A model generated the notes under the pieces. The model had not been told where the DNA came from, searched no databases, and was given only the letters and a program-made list of their open reading frames with translations. 64,000 nt of DNA, from IMG/VR virus record IMGVR_UViG_3300025889_000073, positions 96,001-160,000 of that record; one strand, given 5' to 3'. The translations under genes were made by a program, and so were the position numbers. The stretch comes from a virus. Every line of letters begins with the position of its first letter. Positions within the stretch are counted from its first letter, which is position 1. Shown piece after piece: positions 41,119-50,618 of the stretch.

Positions 41119-42759
41119 ATGGCAATAAAACTTTTTGGTTTTACTTTAGGACAAAAGGACGTTGTTCAGCAACAACCGGCTGAGCAACCTTCTTTTGCGC
41201 TTCCTAATGAGGCTTTAGATGATGGCGCAGTAACCGTAACACAAAATGCTTATTACGGTACATATGTAGATTTAGAAGGTTCCATTCGAAATGAATTGGA
41301 ACTTATTACTCGTTACAGAGAAATGGCTAATCATCCAGAATTGGAACAAGCCATTGATGATATTGTAAATGAAGCTATTACACACGATGAATCCGGTAGA
41401 ACGGTAGATATTGTATTAGATAAATTAAAACAACCAGAATCAATTAAGAAAAAAATTACAGAAGAATTTGAAAATGTTCTTCGTATGTTAAATTTTGGTA
41501 ATCTTTCTGATGATTTGTTTAAGCGTTGGTATATTGATGGTAGAATTTATTTCCATGCTGTGGTAGATGAATCTAAACCAAAAGAAGGTATTAAAGAACT
41601 TCGTTACATTGACCCACGGAAAATTCGCAAGGTTCGTGAAATCAAAAAAGACCGAGATCCAAAAACCGGCGCAAACATAATCAAATCAATTGCTGAATAT
41701 TATGTTTATTCCGACAAAGGAACAACAACACAAAATTATTCTGCACAAGTAAACTCAGGTTTAAGAATTGCAACCGATTCGGTTATTAATATTAACTCTG
41801 GTTTGATGGATGCAAAGAATACTTTTGTAATTTCTTATCTACACAAAGCAATTAAGCCACTCAATCAATTGCGTATGATTGAGGACGCAGTAGTTATTTA
41901 CCGAATATCAAGAGCACCAGAACGCCGTATTTTTTACATTGACGTTGGTAACTTACCAAAAGGTAAAGCAGAACAATACTTGCGTGATGTAATGGTCAAG
42001 TATCGTAACAAGATGGTTTATGATGCTTCTACTGGTGAACTCAGAGATGACCGCAAGCATATGTCAATGCTTGAAGATTTCTGGTTACCACGCCGTGAAG
42101 GTGGTAAAGGTACAGAGATTACAACTCTACCAGCTGGTCAAAACCTTGGTGAGTTAGAAGATGTTAAGTATTTTCAAAAGAAACTTCTTCAATCTTTGAA
42201 TGTACCTATTTCACGTTTAGAACCACAACAAGGCGGCATGATTGGCCTTGGACGTGTTTCTGAAGTTACAAGAGATGAAGTTAAGTTTGCAAAGTTTATC
42301 CAAAGATTACGCAATAAATTCTCTCAAATTTTTGACGACGCATTGGGCACTCAATTAGTATTAAAAGGTATTTGTACTAAAGAGGAGTGGGAAGAATTTA
42401 AAGAAAAAATTTATTATGATTATAAAAAGGATAATAATTTTACCGAAATGCGTGAAGCTGAATTGCTTCGTGAAAGATTGAATCTATTAGGTACAGTTGA
42501 CCCGTATATTGGTCGTTATTATTCTGCCAGCTGGGTCAAAAAGAATGTTTTACAAATGACAGATGACGATATTAAACGTCTGAAAAAAGAAATTGATGAA
42601 GAAGAAAAAGAAGGAACAGGTGGTCCTACTTTACAACAAGGACAAGAACCGCCGGCTTCACCTGAAGAATATCCACCAGCAGACAATACTGGAGAAGTTG
42701 AATCACCAACTCCTCAATTGGATGCTGAGACAGAACGGTATTCTACCAGGTTAAACTAA
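41119..42759 (+). CDS. gp20: Portal vertex protein gp20
   Basis: WY+DGR, NQLRMIEDA.VIYR.SRAPERRIFYIDVGNLPK and EDFWLPRREGG+GTEI.TLP motifs. Confidence 0.98.
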   Translation: MAIKLFGFTLGQKDVVQQQPAEQPSFALPNEALDDGAVTVTQNAYYGTYVDLEGSIRNELELITRYREMANHPELEQAIDDIVNEAITHDESGRTVDIVLDKLKQPESIKKKITEEFENVLRMLNFGNLSDDLFKRWYIDGRIYFHAVVDESKPKEGIKELRYIDPRKIRKVREIKKDRDPKTGANIIKSIAEYYVYSDKGTTTQNYSAQVNSGLRIATDSVININSGLMDAKNTFVISYLHKAIKPLNQLRMIEDAVVIYRISRAPERRIFYIDVGNLPKGKAEQYLRDVMVKYRNKMVYDASTGELRDDRKHMSMLEDFWLPRREGGKGTEITTLPAGQNLGELEDVKYFQKKLLQSLNVPISRLEPQQGGMIGLGRVSEVTRDEVKFAKFIQRLRNKFSQIFDDALGTQLVLKGICTKEEWEEFKEKIYYDYKKDNNFTEMREAELLRERLNLLGTVDPYIGRYYSASWVKKNVLQMTDDDIKRLKKEIDEEEKEGTGGPTLQQGQEPPASPEEYPPADNTGEVESPTPQLDAETERYSTRLN

Positions 42760-42779
42760 ATAATTAACGAGGAAAAATT

Positions 42780-42998
42780 ATGGACACACAAAAATTCATA
42801 CAAAATGTTGCTGACGGCGAATCAACAAAAGCTAAAGAGACATTAGAGAATCTTTTAGCTTCTAAAGCTTTTGATTCTTTAGATGCAAGAAAACAACAGA
42901 TTGCTAAAACAATTTATAACGGTGGGCAAACAGAAGTCGAGTCTGAAATTGAAGTTCAAGACACAGAAGATACTCCTTTAGAAACAGAAGAAGAATGA
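42780..42998 (+). CDS. Prohead core protein, gp67-like
   Basis: Small protein with an acidic tail directly after the portal gene; GAGG Shine-Dalgarno. Confidence 0.65.
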   Translation: MDTQKFIQNVADGESTKAKETLENLLASKAFDSLDARKQQIAKTIYNGGQTEVESEIEVQDTEDTPLETEEE

Positions 42999-43729
42999 AA
43001 TCATTAGAAGATTTTAAAAATACTTTAGAAGAAGAAAAATCAGACTACTCTAAGTTTGATGTGTTAGTTCGTGCTGGGCTTGCTAACAAAGCTCAGCTTG
43101 CTCGTATACACCGTGTTTTGGATAAAATGACGGAAGACCGGCCACAATTTAATAATGCCGATAAAATGATTGTGCAGAATTTGTTCAATAAGATGGTCGA
43201 CTTACTATCCAATAATAAACAAATTTTTCAAAAAACTAGACAAGCAGTTAGAGAAGAATCCGAAGAAGAATTTGAAAATGCAATTCAAATTTCTGAAGAA
43301 ACCCCAGACTTACCTAAGGACCCACCTTTCGTTTTGGTGTTAAAAAGAAAAGCTATAAGACTTTTTCCAAACAAAGTTAAAATGGCTTTGTATTACAACC
43401 AAAAATTAGACAAGTATTTTTCAATACCTTACGGACCAAATGTTTCTGCTGGCCCGTTGCAAGCAGAAGAAGCCGAAGAAGAACAAGTTACGATTGTAGA
43501 AGCGGTAATGGACCAATTACATAAGATTGTAGGCAAGAAGCAAGCGAATACAGTTAAGTTTGCCAACGGCCAAACTAGGAAGGTGGACCACTTCACTGCT
43601 TCTGCAATCACTCAAGTACACAATGCCCTCAATGATGAAAACAAAAAGAAGTTTGCAGATATGGTTCATAAATCACCTGCACACTTAGCTAAAGCATCAG
43701 ACTTTGCTTTTAGTAGGGCTAAAAAATGA
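42995..43729 (+). CDS. Hypothetical head-module protein, possible internal or core protein
   Basis: Lies between the prohead core genes; Glu-rich linkers (LEEE, VREE, ISEE, IVEA) resemble gp21 cleavage sites. Confidence 0.6.
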   Translation: MKSLEDFKNTLEEEKSDYSKFDVLVRAGLANKAQLARIHRVLDKMTEDRPQFNNADKMIVQNLFNKMVDLLSNNKQIFQKTRQAVREESEEEFENAIQISEETPDLPKDPPFVLVLKRKAIRLFPNKVKMALYYNQKLDKYFSIPYGPNVSAGPLQAEEAEEEQVTIVEAVMDQLHKIVGKKQANTVKFANGQTRKVDHFTASAITQVHNALNDENKKKFADMVHKSPAHLAKASDFAFSRAKK

Positions 43730-44163
43730 CATTCTTAGATTGTATTTTAGAGAACAAACTAAGTGAGGCAAAAGATAAAATTATCGAGCGTCTAAATAAT
43801 ATTGCGGCAAAAAAATTAGAAGAAGCAAAAAAATATATTGCTTCTGATATGTATGAAGAAGTTGAGATAGATGAGGCTGCAAACCGCAACATTATTAAGA
43901 TGGGTAGAATCAGTAAGATTCGCCGTAGGATTCGAAGAAATGCAAAAGGTCGTATTGTTGTTCAAAAGAATCGCAGACGGTCAGGTATTAAAGGATATAG
44001 AATTTCAGGTAATACAGTAAAACGTATTCCTGCCACAGAAAGATTAAGAAAGGCACGTTTATTAAAACGGTCATGGAAAACAACTAGAAGAGCTAAATTG
44101 CGCCGGTCATTGTTAAAAAGGAAGATGTCAATGCGTAGGCGCTCATCAATGGGACTAAGATAA
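43726..44163 (+). CDS. Prohead core protein, gp68-like (very basic C-terminal half)
   Basis: R/K-rich tail ending RRRSSMGLR, like T4 gp68; lies upstream of gp21. Confidence 0.65.
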   Translation: MTFLDCILENKLSEAKDKIIERLNNIAAKKLEEAKKYIASDMYEEVEIDEAANRNIIKMGRISKIRRRIRRNAKGRIVVQKNRRRSGIKGYRISGNTVKRIPATERLRKARLLKRSWKTTRRAKLRRSLLKRKMSMRRRSSMGLR

Positions 44164-44164
44164 A

Positions 44165-44530
44165 ATGGCATATGAAATTATAAACAACAAAAGAAGTAAA
44201 TCGGTAATTCGAGTTACTGGTACTGGCGATACTGCAATAAATTTATTAATGTTAGCCGCTGATAATACAGAAACCATTCAATCAGCCTCAATTACAAGTG
44301 TACTGAGTTCTTCAAACGGAATTTGGTCTGTTTATCGTGGTGATGATAATACTGGTGTTTTAATTTTAGAATTGCCAGATGCTGTTGATTGGCCATTAAC
44401 AACTCATGATATATCATTGGGTAATACATCAACAGCAAATGTTTTCATTAATAATAGTGGCGCAAACGGAACTTTAATTTTAACTGTGAGTAAACAAGCT
44501 ACTTACAACCCGCCGCAGACAGGAATGTAA
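44165..44530 (+). CDS. Hypothetical beta-rich head-module protein
   Basis: Tightly packed ORF between the gp68-like gene and gp21. Confidence 0.6.
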   Translation: MAYEIINNKRSKSVIRVTGTGDTAINLLMLAADNTETIQSASITSVLSSSNGIWSVYRGDDNTGVLILELPDAVDWPLTTHDISLGNTSTANVFINNSGANGTLILTVSKQATYNPPQTGM

Positions 44531-44531
44531 A

Positions 44532-45182
44532 ATGAAACTCATTAGAGAAACAGTAGAAGAAGTAAAGTACCTAACAGAAACCACCGAAAAAGGTGGTAAA
44601 AAGCTTTATATTGAAGGTACTTTTCTTGTTGGTGATACAGTCAACAAAAACAATCGAATGTATAAAATGAATACTCTCAGAACTGAGGTTGAGAGATATC
44701 AAGATGAATTCATTAAGACAAATCGTGCTCTTGGTGAATTAGGTCATCCGGATACACCCACAATCAACCTTGAAAGAGTTTCACACAAGATTGTTTCATT
44801 GAGTGAGGATGGCAATACTTTTTATGGTAAAGCTTTAATTCTTGATACACCTTATGGCAATATCGTCAAAAACTTTATTGACAATGATGTTAATTTAGGT
44901 GTTTCTTCAAGAGCTCTTGGCTCTTTGCAACAAACTAAAGAAGGTTATAACTTGGTTCAAGATGACCTTCGCCTTGCTACAGCAGCTGATATTGTTGCTG
45001 ACCCCTCTGCCCCAGGCGCTTTCGTTAATGGTATCATGGAGAATAAAGAGTGGATGTTCGTAGATGGTAAGTTTGTTGAATCGGACTTTGACCATGCAAA
45101 AAAACAAATTCGAACAGCTTCTAAACAACAAATTGAAGAAGTTGCTCTAAAATTATTCGAAAATTACCTACGAAAACTTTAA
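44532..45182 (+). CDS. gp21: Prohead protease gp21
   Basis: LYIEG.F, N.N.R.Y, ALGELGHP, GVSSR..GS and D+VADPSAP.A motifs. Confidence 0.96.
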   Translation: MKLIRETVEEVKYLTETTEKGGKKLYIEGTFLVGDTVNKNNRMYKMNTLRTEVERYQDEFIKTNRALGELGHPDTPTINLERVSHKIVSLSEDGNTFYGKALILDTPYGNIVKNFIDNDVNLGVSSRALGSLQQTKEGYNLVQDDLRLATAADIVADPSAPGAFVNGIMENKEWMFVDGKFVESDFDHAKKQIRTASKQQIEEVALKLFENYLRKL

Positions 45183-45185
45183 AAT

Positions 45186-45193
45186 TATAAATA
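45186..45193 (+). promoter_or_regulatory. T4 late promoter TATAAATA before gp22-gp23
   Basis: Exact consensus, intergenic, followed by an AAGGAG Shine-Dalgarno. Confidence 0.85.
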
Positions 45194-45215
45194 CAAAATA
45201 ATAAGGAGAATCCTA

Positions 45216-46232
45216 ATGGCTCAAAATAAACTAATGGAAGCGGCTGCAGAAGTTCTTGCTGGTAGCAAAGCAAAAGCAGCATCTATGCCTCCGCAAAAAT
45301 TAGATGGCGAAGTTGTAGACGTTGGTGGTCCTACACCACAAAATGCGAAACCCGATGATGATTCGCATAAAATGGATGTGACCAAAGCAGCGAAGAAAGC
45401 TACGGCACCGTCCACCAAACCCTCTGATGCTTCCGCTAAAATGGAAGAAGTCGAAGAGCAAGAAGAAGTTATTGCTGAAGAAGAGCAAGTTGAGCAAGAA
45501 AAACTCGACTTATCTGAAGACATTGATGCTTTGTTTGCTGACGATAAAAACATTTCGGAAGAATTCAAATCTAAAGTCACAACTATTTTTGAAGCCCGAG
45601 TTACTGACCGTATTTCTCAAATCCAAGAACAAATGGAAGAAAAATATGCTAGTCAATTAGAAGAATCGGTTGAAGAAATCAAAAAAGACCTTACAGAAAA
45701 GGTTGATGATTACCTCAACTATGTTGTTGAACAATGGATGTCGGAAAATGAAATTGCTATCGAATCTAGCCTCCGTTCTGAATTGACGGAAGAATTCATT
45801 ACTGGCCTCCGTAATCTGTTCGCAGAACATTATATTGATGTACCTGCTGAAAAAGTTGACCTTGTTGATGAACTTGCTAGTAAAGTTGAAGAACTTGAAG
45901 GCAAACTCGATGAGGAAATTGAGCGAGGCATGAGTTTCGCTAAAGCTCTTGTTGAATCACGCAAGGGTGAAATTGTTAGAGATGTAACGGAAGGTCTTAC
46001 AGACACTCAAGTTGAAAAAATCAAATCGCTTGCAGAGAGCGTTGAATTCTCCACAGAGGACGAATACAAAGAAAAACTTGAGACAATCCGTGAAAACTAT
46101 TTCCCCACAAATGTGAAGAAAGCTGACGAGCAACAACTGCATGAGCAGGTAGAAGATGCTGAAGAACAAAAAGTCATTCATGACCCAATGGTTGCCGCAG
46201 TATCACAAGCTATTTCGAAAACTAAAAAATAA
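45216..46232 (+). CDS. gp22: Prohead scaffold protein gp22
   Basis: EEFK.K..TIFEA, KVDDYL.YV+E.W..EN and F+.GL+.LF.EHYI motifs. Confidence 0.93.
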   Translation: MAQNKLMEAAAEVLAGSKAKAASMPPQKLDGEVVDVGGPTPQNAKPDDDSHKMDVTKAAKKATAPSTKPSDASAKMEEVEEQEEVIAEEEQVEQEKLDLSEDIDALFADDKNISEEFKSKVTTIFEARVTDRISQIQEQMEEKYASQLEESVEEIKKDLTEKVDDYLNYVVEQWMSENEIAIESSLRSELTEEFITGLRNLFAEHYIDVPAEKVDLVDELASKVEELEGKLDEEIERGMSFAKALVESRKGEIVRDVTEGLTDTQVEKIKSLAESVEFSTEDEYKEKLETIRENYFPTNVKKADEQQLHEQVEDAEEQKVIHDPMVAAVSQAISKTKK

Positions 46233-46254
46233 TAAAAACTAAGGAGACTTAAAA

Positions 46255-47565
46255 ATGTATTTGTCCGAATCTTTACAAAAGAAATGGGAAGGCGTTCTGG
46301 ACCATCCAGACCTGGCTCCCATTAAAGACCCCTATCGTAAGGCGGTTACCGCTGTTGTTTTGGAAAACCAAGCAACAGAAATGAGAAAAGCTGGCATGAT
46401 TAATGAAGCTTCACCCACAAACTCGGCCGGTGACGGTGGTTTTACTGGTGGTGCTACAGCTACAGGTCCTGTTGCTGGTTTCGACCCTATCCTCATTTCG
46501 CTGGTTCGCCGTTCGTTGCCGAATCTGATTGCGTATGATGTCTGCGGCGTTCAGCCGATGACAGGTCCTACCGGTCTGATTTTTGCAATGCGTTCTACCT
46601 ATGGTACAGACCGTAGTGGTACTGAAGCCTTTTACAATGAGGCTAACACAGGCCATTCGGGTATTGGTGGCGCACAAGCTGCTCTTGGCGTTGGTGCTGC
46701 TGCATCGAACACCTTCTTGAGCAACGCTTCGGCTGTTGCTGGTTATTCCACTTCTGCTGGTGAGGACAATCCTTTCCGTGAGATGGGTTTCTCGATTGAG
46801 AAAGTTACCGTTACTGCAAATACCCGTGCTCTGAAGGCCGAGTATTCGATGGAACTTGCTCAAGACCTGAAAGCTGTTCATGGTCTGGATGCAGAAACAG
46901 AACTCAGCAACATTCTTTCTTCGGAAATTCTTGCTGAAATCAACCGTGAAGTTATCCGTAACATTTATGGTACGGCTGTTACCGGTGCTCAAATCGGTAC
47001 GACAACTGAAGGTACGTTTGACCTCGACACCGATTCGAACGGCCGTTGGATGGTTGAAAAAGTCAAAGGTCTGGCTTTCCAGATTGAGCGTGAAGCTAAC
47101 GCTATCGCCAAAGAAACCCGTAGAGGGAAAGGTAACATCATGATTTGTTCGTCTGATGTTGCTTCTGCTCTCGCTATGGCAGGCATTCTCGACTACAATT
47201 CGGCTCTGGCTTCGAATGTTAACTTGACCGTTGACGATACTGGCAATACTTTTGCTGGCACGTTGTTTGGTCGTGTTAAAGTTTACATTGACCCGTATTT
47301 CACTGCTACGAATTCTAACGAATTTGCTGTTGTTGGTTATAAGGGTAGCAATGCTTATGACTCTGGTCTGTTCTATTGCCCATACGTTCCTCTGCAAATG
47401 GTTCGTGCGGTTGATACGACAACCTTCCAGCCAAAAATTGGTTTCAAAACCCGTTACGGCATGGTTGCAAATCCTTTTGCACAAGGTACAGTCAAGGGTG
47501 AAGGCGCTCGTACAGTTCTTACGAACAAGTACTATCGTGCTTTCAAGGTTGCAAACTTGATGTAA
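46255..47565 (+). CDS. gp23: Major capsid protein gp23
   Basis: LISLVRR..PNLIAYD+CGVQPM.GPTGLIFAMR, RALKAEYS.ELAQDLKA+HGLDAE.EL and FQPKIGFKTRYG motifs. Confidence 0.99.
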   Translation: MYLSESLQKKWEGVLDHPDLAPIKDPYRKAVTAVVLENQATEMRKAGMINEASPTNSAGDGGFTGGATATGPVAGFDPILISLVRRSLPNLIAYDVCGVQPMTGPTGLIFAMRSTYGTDRSGTEAFYNEANTGHSGIGGAQAALGVGAAASNTFLSNASAVAGYSTSAGEDNPFREMGFSIEKVTVTANTRALKAEYSMELAQDLKAVHGLDAETELSNILSSEILAEINREVIRNIYGTAVTGAQIGTTTEGTFDLDTDSNGRWMVEKVKGLAFQIEREANAIAKETRRGKGNIMICSSDVASALAMAGILDYNSALASNVNLTVDDTGNTFAGTLFGRVKVYIDPYFTATNSNEFAVVGYKGSNAYDSGLFYCPYVPLQMVRAVDTTTFQPKIGFKTRYGMVANPFAQGTVKGEGARTVLTNKYYRAFKVANLM

Positions 47566-47606
47566 TCTTTACAGTCTCAATAATATATAACAATAAATGA
47601 GACTTT

Positions 47607-47637
47607 AAGACCCACCAGAAATGGTGGGTCTTTTTTT
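47607..47637 (+). terminator. Intrinsic terminator after gp23
   Basis: AAGACCCACCA-GAAA-TGGTGGGTCTT stem-loop followed by a T run. Confidence 0.9.
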
Positions 47638-47653
47638 ACGCCTAAATAATACT

Positions 47654-48193
47654 ATGTCAGCATTAACTAGAAACCCTACAAATCCAAATTTTCTACAAAG
47701 CAACAAATATCAGTTGAACTTTAGTAGATTACCTAACTTGCAATACTTTTGCCAATCGGTAAGTGTGCCTGGCATTTCATTGTCAGAAGCTGTAATTAAT
47801 ACACCTTTTGTTGATTTATATTCTCCAGGTGAAAAAGCTATATACGATTTAATTAATGTGACATTTATGATTGATGAAGAAATGAAATCGTGGATTGAAG
47901 TACACGATTGGATTAGAGCAATGACTTTTCCTAAAGAATATGAAGAATATAAAAATTTGAAATCCATAAGTCAAATTTCTGCTATAAAAGCAAACAAATT
48001 TCCTCAATTTTCTGATGCAACTCTAACAGTATTATCATCTTCAAACAAACCATATTATTCATTTAAATTTCATAATATTTTTCCAACAACTTTATCCACT
48101 TTTGTTATGAGTACACAAGATAGTCCGGACACTATTATGACTGCCGATGCAACATTTCGGTATGAATACTACGACATTGAAAAATTGTTTTAA
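47654..48193 (+). CDS. gp3: Tail completion / sheath stabiliser gp3
   Basis: NFL....+......P...YF.Q.+..PGI, F.+DE.+..W.E...W and F...FPT.LS motifs. Start moved to the ATG at 47654, after the terminator and CCTAAATA. Confidence 0.85.
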   Translation: MSALTRNPTNPNFLQSNKYQLNFSRLPNLQYFCQSVSVPGISLSEAVINTPFVDLYSPGEKAIYDLINVTFMIDEEMKSWIEVHDWIRAMTFPKEYEEYKNLKSISQISAIKANKFPQFSDATLTVLSSSNKPYYSFKFHNIFPTTLSTFVMSTQDSPDTIMTADATFRYEYYDIEKLF

Positions 48194-48199
48194 AATAGC

Positions 48200-48228
48200 T
48201 TGACAAAAGGTTGCGAATAGTGTAACCT
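48200..48228 (+). promoter_or_regulatory. Sigma70-type promoter before uvsY
   Basis: TTGACA-17 nt-TAACCT, followed by a GGAGG Shine-Dalgarno. Confidence 0.6.
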
Positions 48229-48246
48229 AATGTTTGGAGGTATATT

Positions 48247-48678
48247 ATGAAAATTGATGAAGTGCTTGAGATGTGGTCCAAAGATGCCGAGGTTGATAGA
48301 ACAGAACCAGGCAAAGAACTACTAAAAATTCCCAAATTACACAGTAAGTATCTGAACATACTTTCCCAACATCGTTTACTCTCCAAACAGGCAGAGTTTA
48401 AATATAACACAATGAAAAAACTTAAATGGGAATATTACACAGGTAAGTTAGATGAGGATACATTAAGTAAGTATGGATGGGAACCATTTCCTTACACCCT
48501 CAAATCCGAAATGAATACATATTTAGAGAGTGATGAAGATATTAATAAATTTATGGCACAAAAAGTAATGTATGATGAAATTGTGGACATCTGTACTTCT
48601 ATACTCAAAGAACTAAACAGTCGCACATTCCAATTGCGTGACTTCATATCATGGGAAAAATTTATACAAGGTGTTTGA
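48247..48678 (+). CDS. uvsY: Recombination mediator UvsY
   Basis: W..D..+D.......L.IP.LHSKYL, K.EYY.GK and R.FQ+...I.W.KF..G motifs. Confidence 0.9.
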   Translation: MKIDEVLEMWSKDAEVDRTEPGKELLKIPKLHSKYLNILSQHRLLSKQAEFKYNTMKKLKWEYYTGKLDEDTLSKYGWEPFPYTLKSEMNTYLESDEDINKFMAQKVMYDEIVDICTSILKELNSRTFQLRDFISWEKFIQGV

Positions 48679-50140
48679 TTTAATAATTTCTAAACAAGAT
48701 GAAGCTTTCATCAAAATTAATTGTGATAAAGGCATAGGCCAAGAACTTTCGCAATACTTTACCTTTTTCGTTCCTGGTTATCAGTTTATGCCTGCCTATA
48801 AAAATAGGTTATGGGACGGAAAAATAAGATTATTCGACCAAAGAACAAATACCACATATCACGGCTTAATTACCTACATACAAAAATTTTGTGAAGAACG
48901 TGATTATCAATTATTAGTAGACCCAGAAATAGAATTAAAACAAGAATTTTCTGGCCTAGAAGCCACAAACTTCATCAAAAAACTAAAATTACCACATGAG
49001 GTTCGTGAATATCAATTTAAAGCTTTCTTACAAGCAGTCAGAAACAAAAGACTTTTATTATTATCACCAACCGCTTCAGGTAAGTCTCTTATATTATATC
49101 TTATAGTGAGATATTTACAATCATCTAAATTTCAAAAAGGTCTATTAATTGTTCCTACAACTTCGCTTGTTGAACAGATGTATAAAGATTTCGAGAGTTA
49201 CGGTTATCAATCCGATAAATTTTGTCACCGCCAATACTCAGGCAAAGAAAAACACACAAACAAGTTTCTTACCATCACAACATGGCAATCAATTTATAAA
49301 AACCCTAAGGAATATTTTGAACAGTTTAACTTTGTTCTTGGTGATGAAGCACACCAGTTTAAAGCTAAATCGTTGACAACCATTCTTTCAGGTTGCACAA
49401 ATGCGAAATATAGAATAGGTTGTACAGGTACATTAGATGGTACACAAACACATCGATTGGTACTAGAAGGTTTATTTGGTGCAGTCTATAAGGCAACAAC
49501 AACATCGGAACTAATAGAAAACAAACAGTTGGCCGATTTTAATATTAAGTGCTTGATACTTAAATATAATGATGGAATATGTAAGATGGTTAAAAACTGG
49601 AAGTATCAGGAAGAAATAGACTACATAGTAAAGAATAAAGAAAGAAATGATTTTATAAAAAATTTAGTCTTGTCACTTAAAGGCAATACACTTATTCTAT
49701 TTCAATTTGTAGAAAAACATGGCAAAGACTTACACGCACTCATCAAAGAACACGCCGGTAAAAGACACGTTTTCTTTGTCTTTGGAGGAACAGATGTTGA
49801 AGTTAGGGAGTCGGTTCGTGCAATTACTGAAAAAGAACAAGACGCAATTATTGTGGCATCTTATGGCACTTTTAGTACTGGCGTTAACATTCGAAACTTA
49901 CACAATATCGTCTTTGCCTCTCCTTCTAAATCTAGGATTCGGAATTTGCAGTCCATTGGTAGGGGTTTACGGATAGGTGATAACAAAGAGAAAGCTACAT
50001 TATTTGATATTGCAGATGACTTCCGTATAGGCAAATATGTTAATTATACCTTGAAACATTTCATAGAACGTGTTAAAATATACGATGAAGAAAAGTTCAA
50101 CTATAAATTTTACAACATAGAGTTAAAAAATGGAAACTAA
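48671..50140 (+). CDS. uvsW: DNA helicase UvsW
   Basis: F.P.Y+...WDGKIRL, SPTASGKS, DEAH and LQSIGR.LR motifs; probable GTG start at 48671. Confidence 0.95.
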   Translation: MFDLIISKQDEAFIKINCDKGIGQELSQYFTFFVPGYQFMPAYKNRLWDGKIRLFDQRTNTTYHGLITYIQKFCEERDYQLLVDPEIELKQEFSGLEATNFIKKLKLPHEVREYQFKAFLQAVRNKRLLLLSPTASGKSLILYLIVRYLQSSKFQKGLLIVPTTSLVEQMYKDFESYGYQSDKFCHRQYSGKEKHTNKFLTITTWQSIYKNPKEYFEQFNFVLGDEAHQFKAKSLTTILSGCTNAKYRIGCTGTLDGTQTHRLVLEGLFGAVYKATTTSELIENKQLADFNIKCLILKYNDGICKMVKNWKYQEEIDYIVKNKERNDFIKNLVLSLKGNTLILFQFVEKHGKDLHALIKEHAGKRHVFFVFGGTDVEVRESVRAITEKEQDAIIVASYGTFSTGVNIRNLHNIVFASPSKSRIRNLQSIGRGLRIGDNKEKATLFDIADDFRIGKYVNYTLKHFIERVKIYDEEKFNYKFYNIELKNGN

Positions 50141-50540
50141 TACTAACATAAAAATTGTAAGACTACAAAGTGGTGAAGATATCATTGCAAATTATTTTGT
50201 TGATGATGAAAACGGTACAATTATGTTAGACAATCCTATGCACATTATTTTTAAAAGAAATAATAATGGCCAAACAGTTATGATGATGATGCCTTGGTTG
50301 CCAATTGAAATAATTAAACAAAATCATGCTATCATTGACATGGCAGATATATTAACAATAATCGACCCTAAAGAAAATTTAATCACACATTACGGTAATA
50401 CTGTAATAGAAATTATGGAAAAAATGTCAACAAAAGAAATGGAAGAAGAACTAGATGATGAAGATTACGATGATGAAAAACTCGACTTAGAAAACCTTAT
50501 GGAAATAATGTATCAGAAAAGGAAATCTAATCTACATTAA
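50130..50540 (+). CDS. Conserved hypothetical protein between uvsW and gp55
   Basis: KIVRL.SGEDII and PW+P motifs; acidic tail. Confidence 0.7.
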   Translation: METNTNIKIVRLQSGEDIIANYFVDDENGTIMLDNPMHIIFKRNNNGQTVMMMMPWLPIEIIKQNHAIIDMADILTIIDPKENLITHYGNTVIEIMEKMSTKEMEEELDDEDYDDEKLDLENLMEIMYQKRKSNLH

Positions 50541-50618
50541 ATTTTTTATTTTCAAATGGGACACCGAGACTGTAACATCTTGTCAAGCCCTTTGTCAACA
50601 CTTAAACAGGTAATAATT

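Noticed and set aside
46411-47484. 357-aa minus-strand ORF inside the major capsid gene
   Set aside because: Shadow ORF in codon register with gp23, explained by its avoidance of TTA, CTA and TCA codons; no recognisable motifs.
37129-47565. Introns, inteins or homing endonucleases in the terminase, sheath, portal or capsid genes
   Set aside because: Reading frames are continuous and of normal length, with no intein or endonuclease motifs seen.
47566-47610. Inverted repeat AGTCTCA/TGAGACT between the gp23 stop and the terminator
   Set aside because: The 7-bp stem with a large AT loop could be a 3' UTR stabiliser, but there is too little support to call it a feature.
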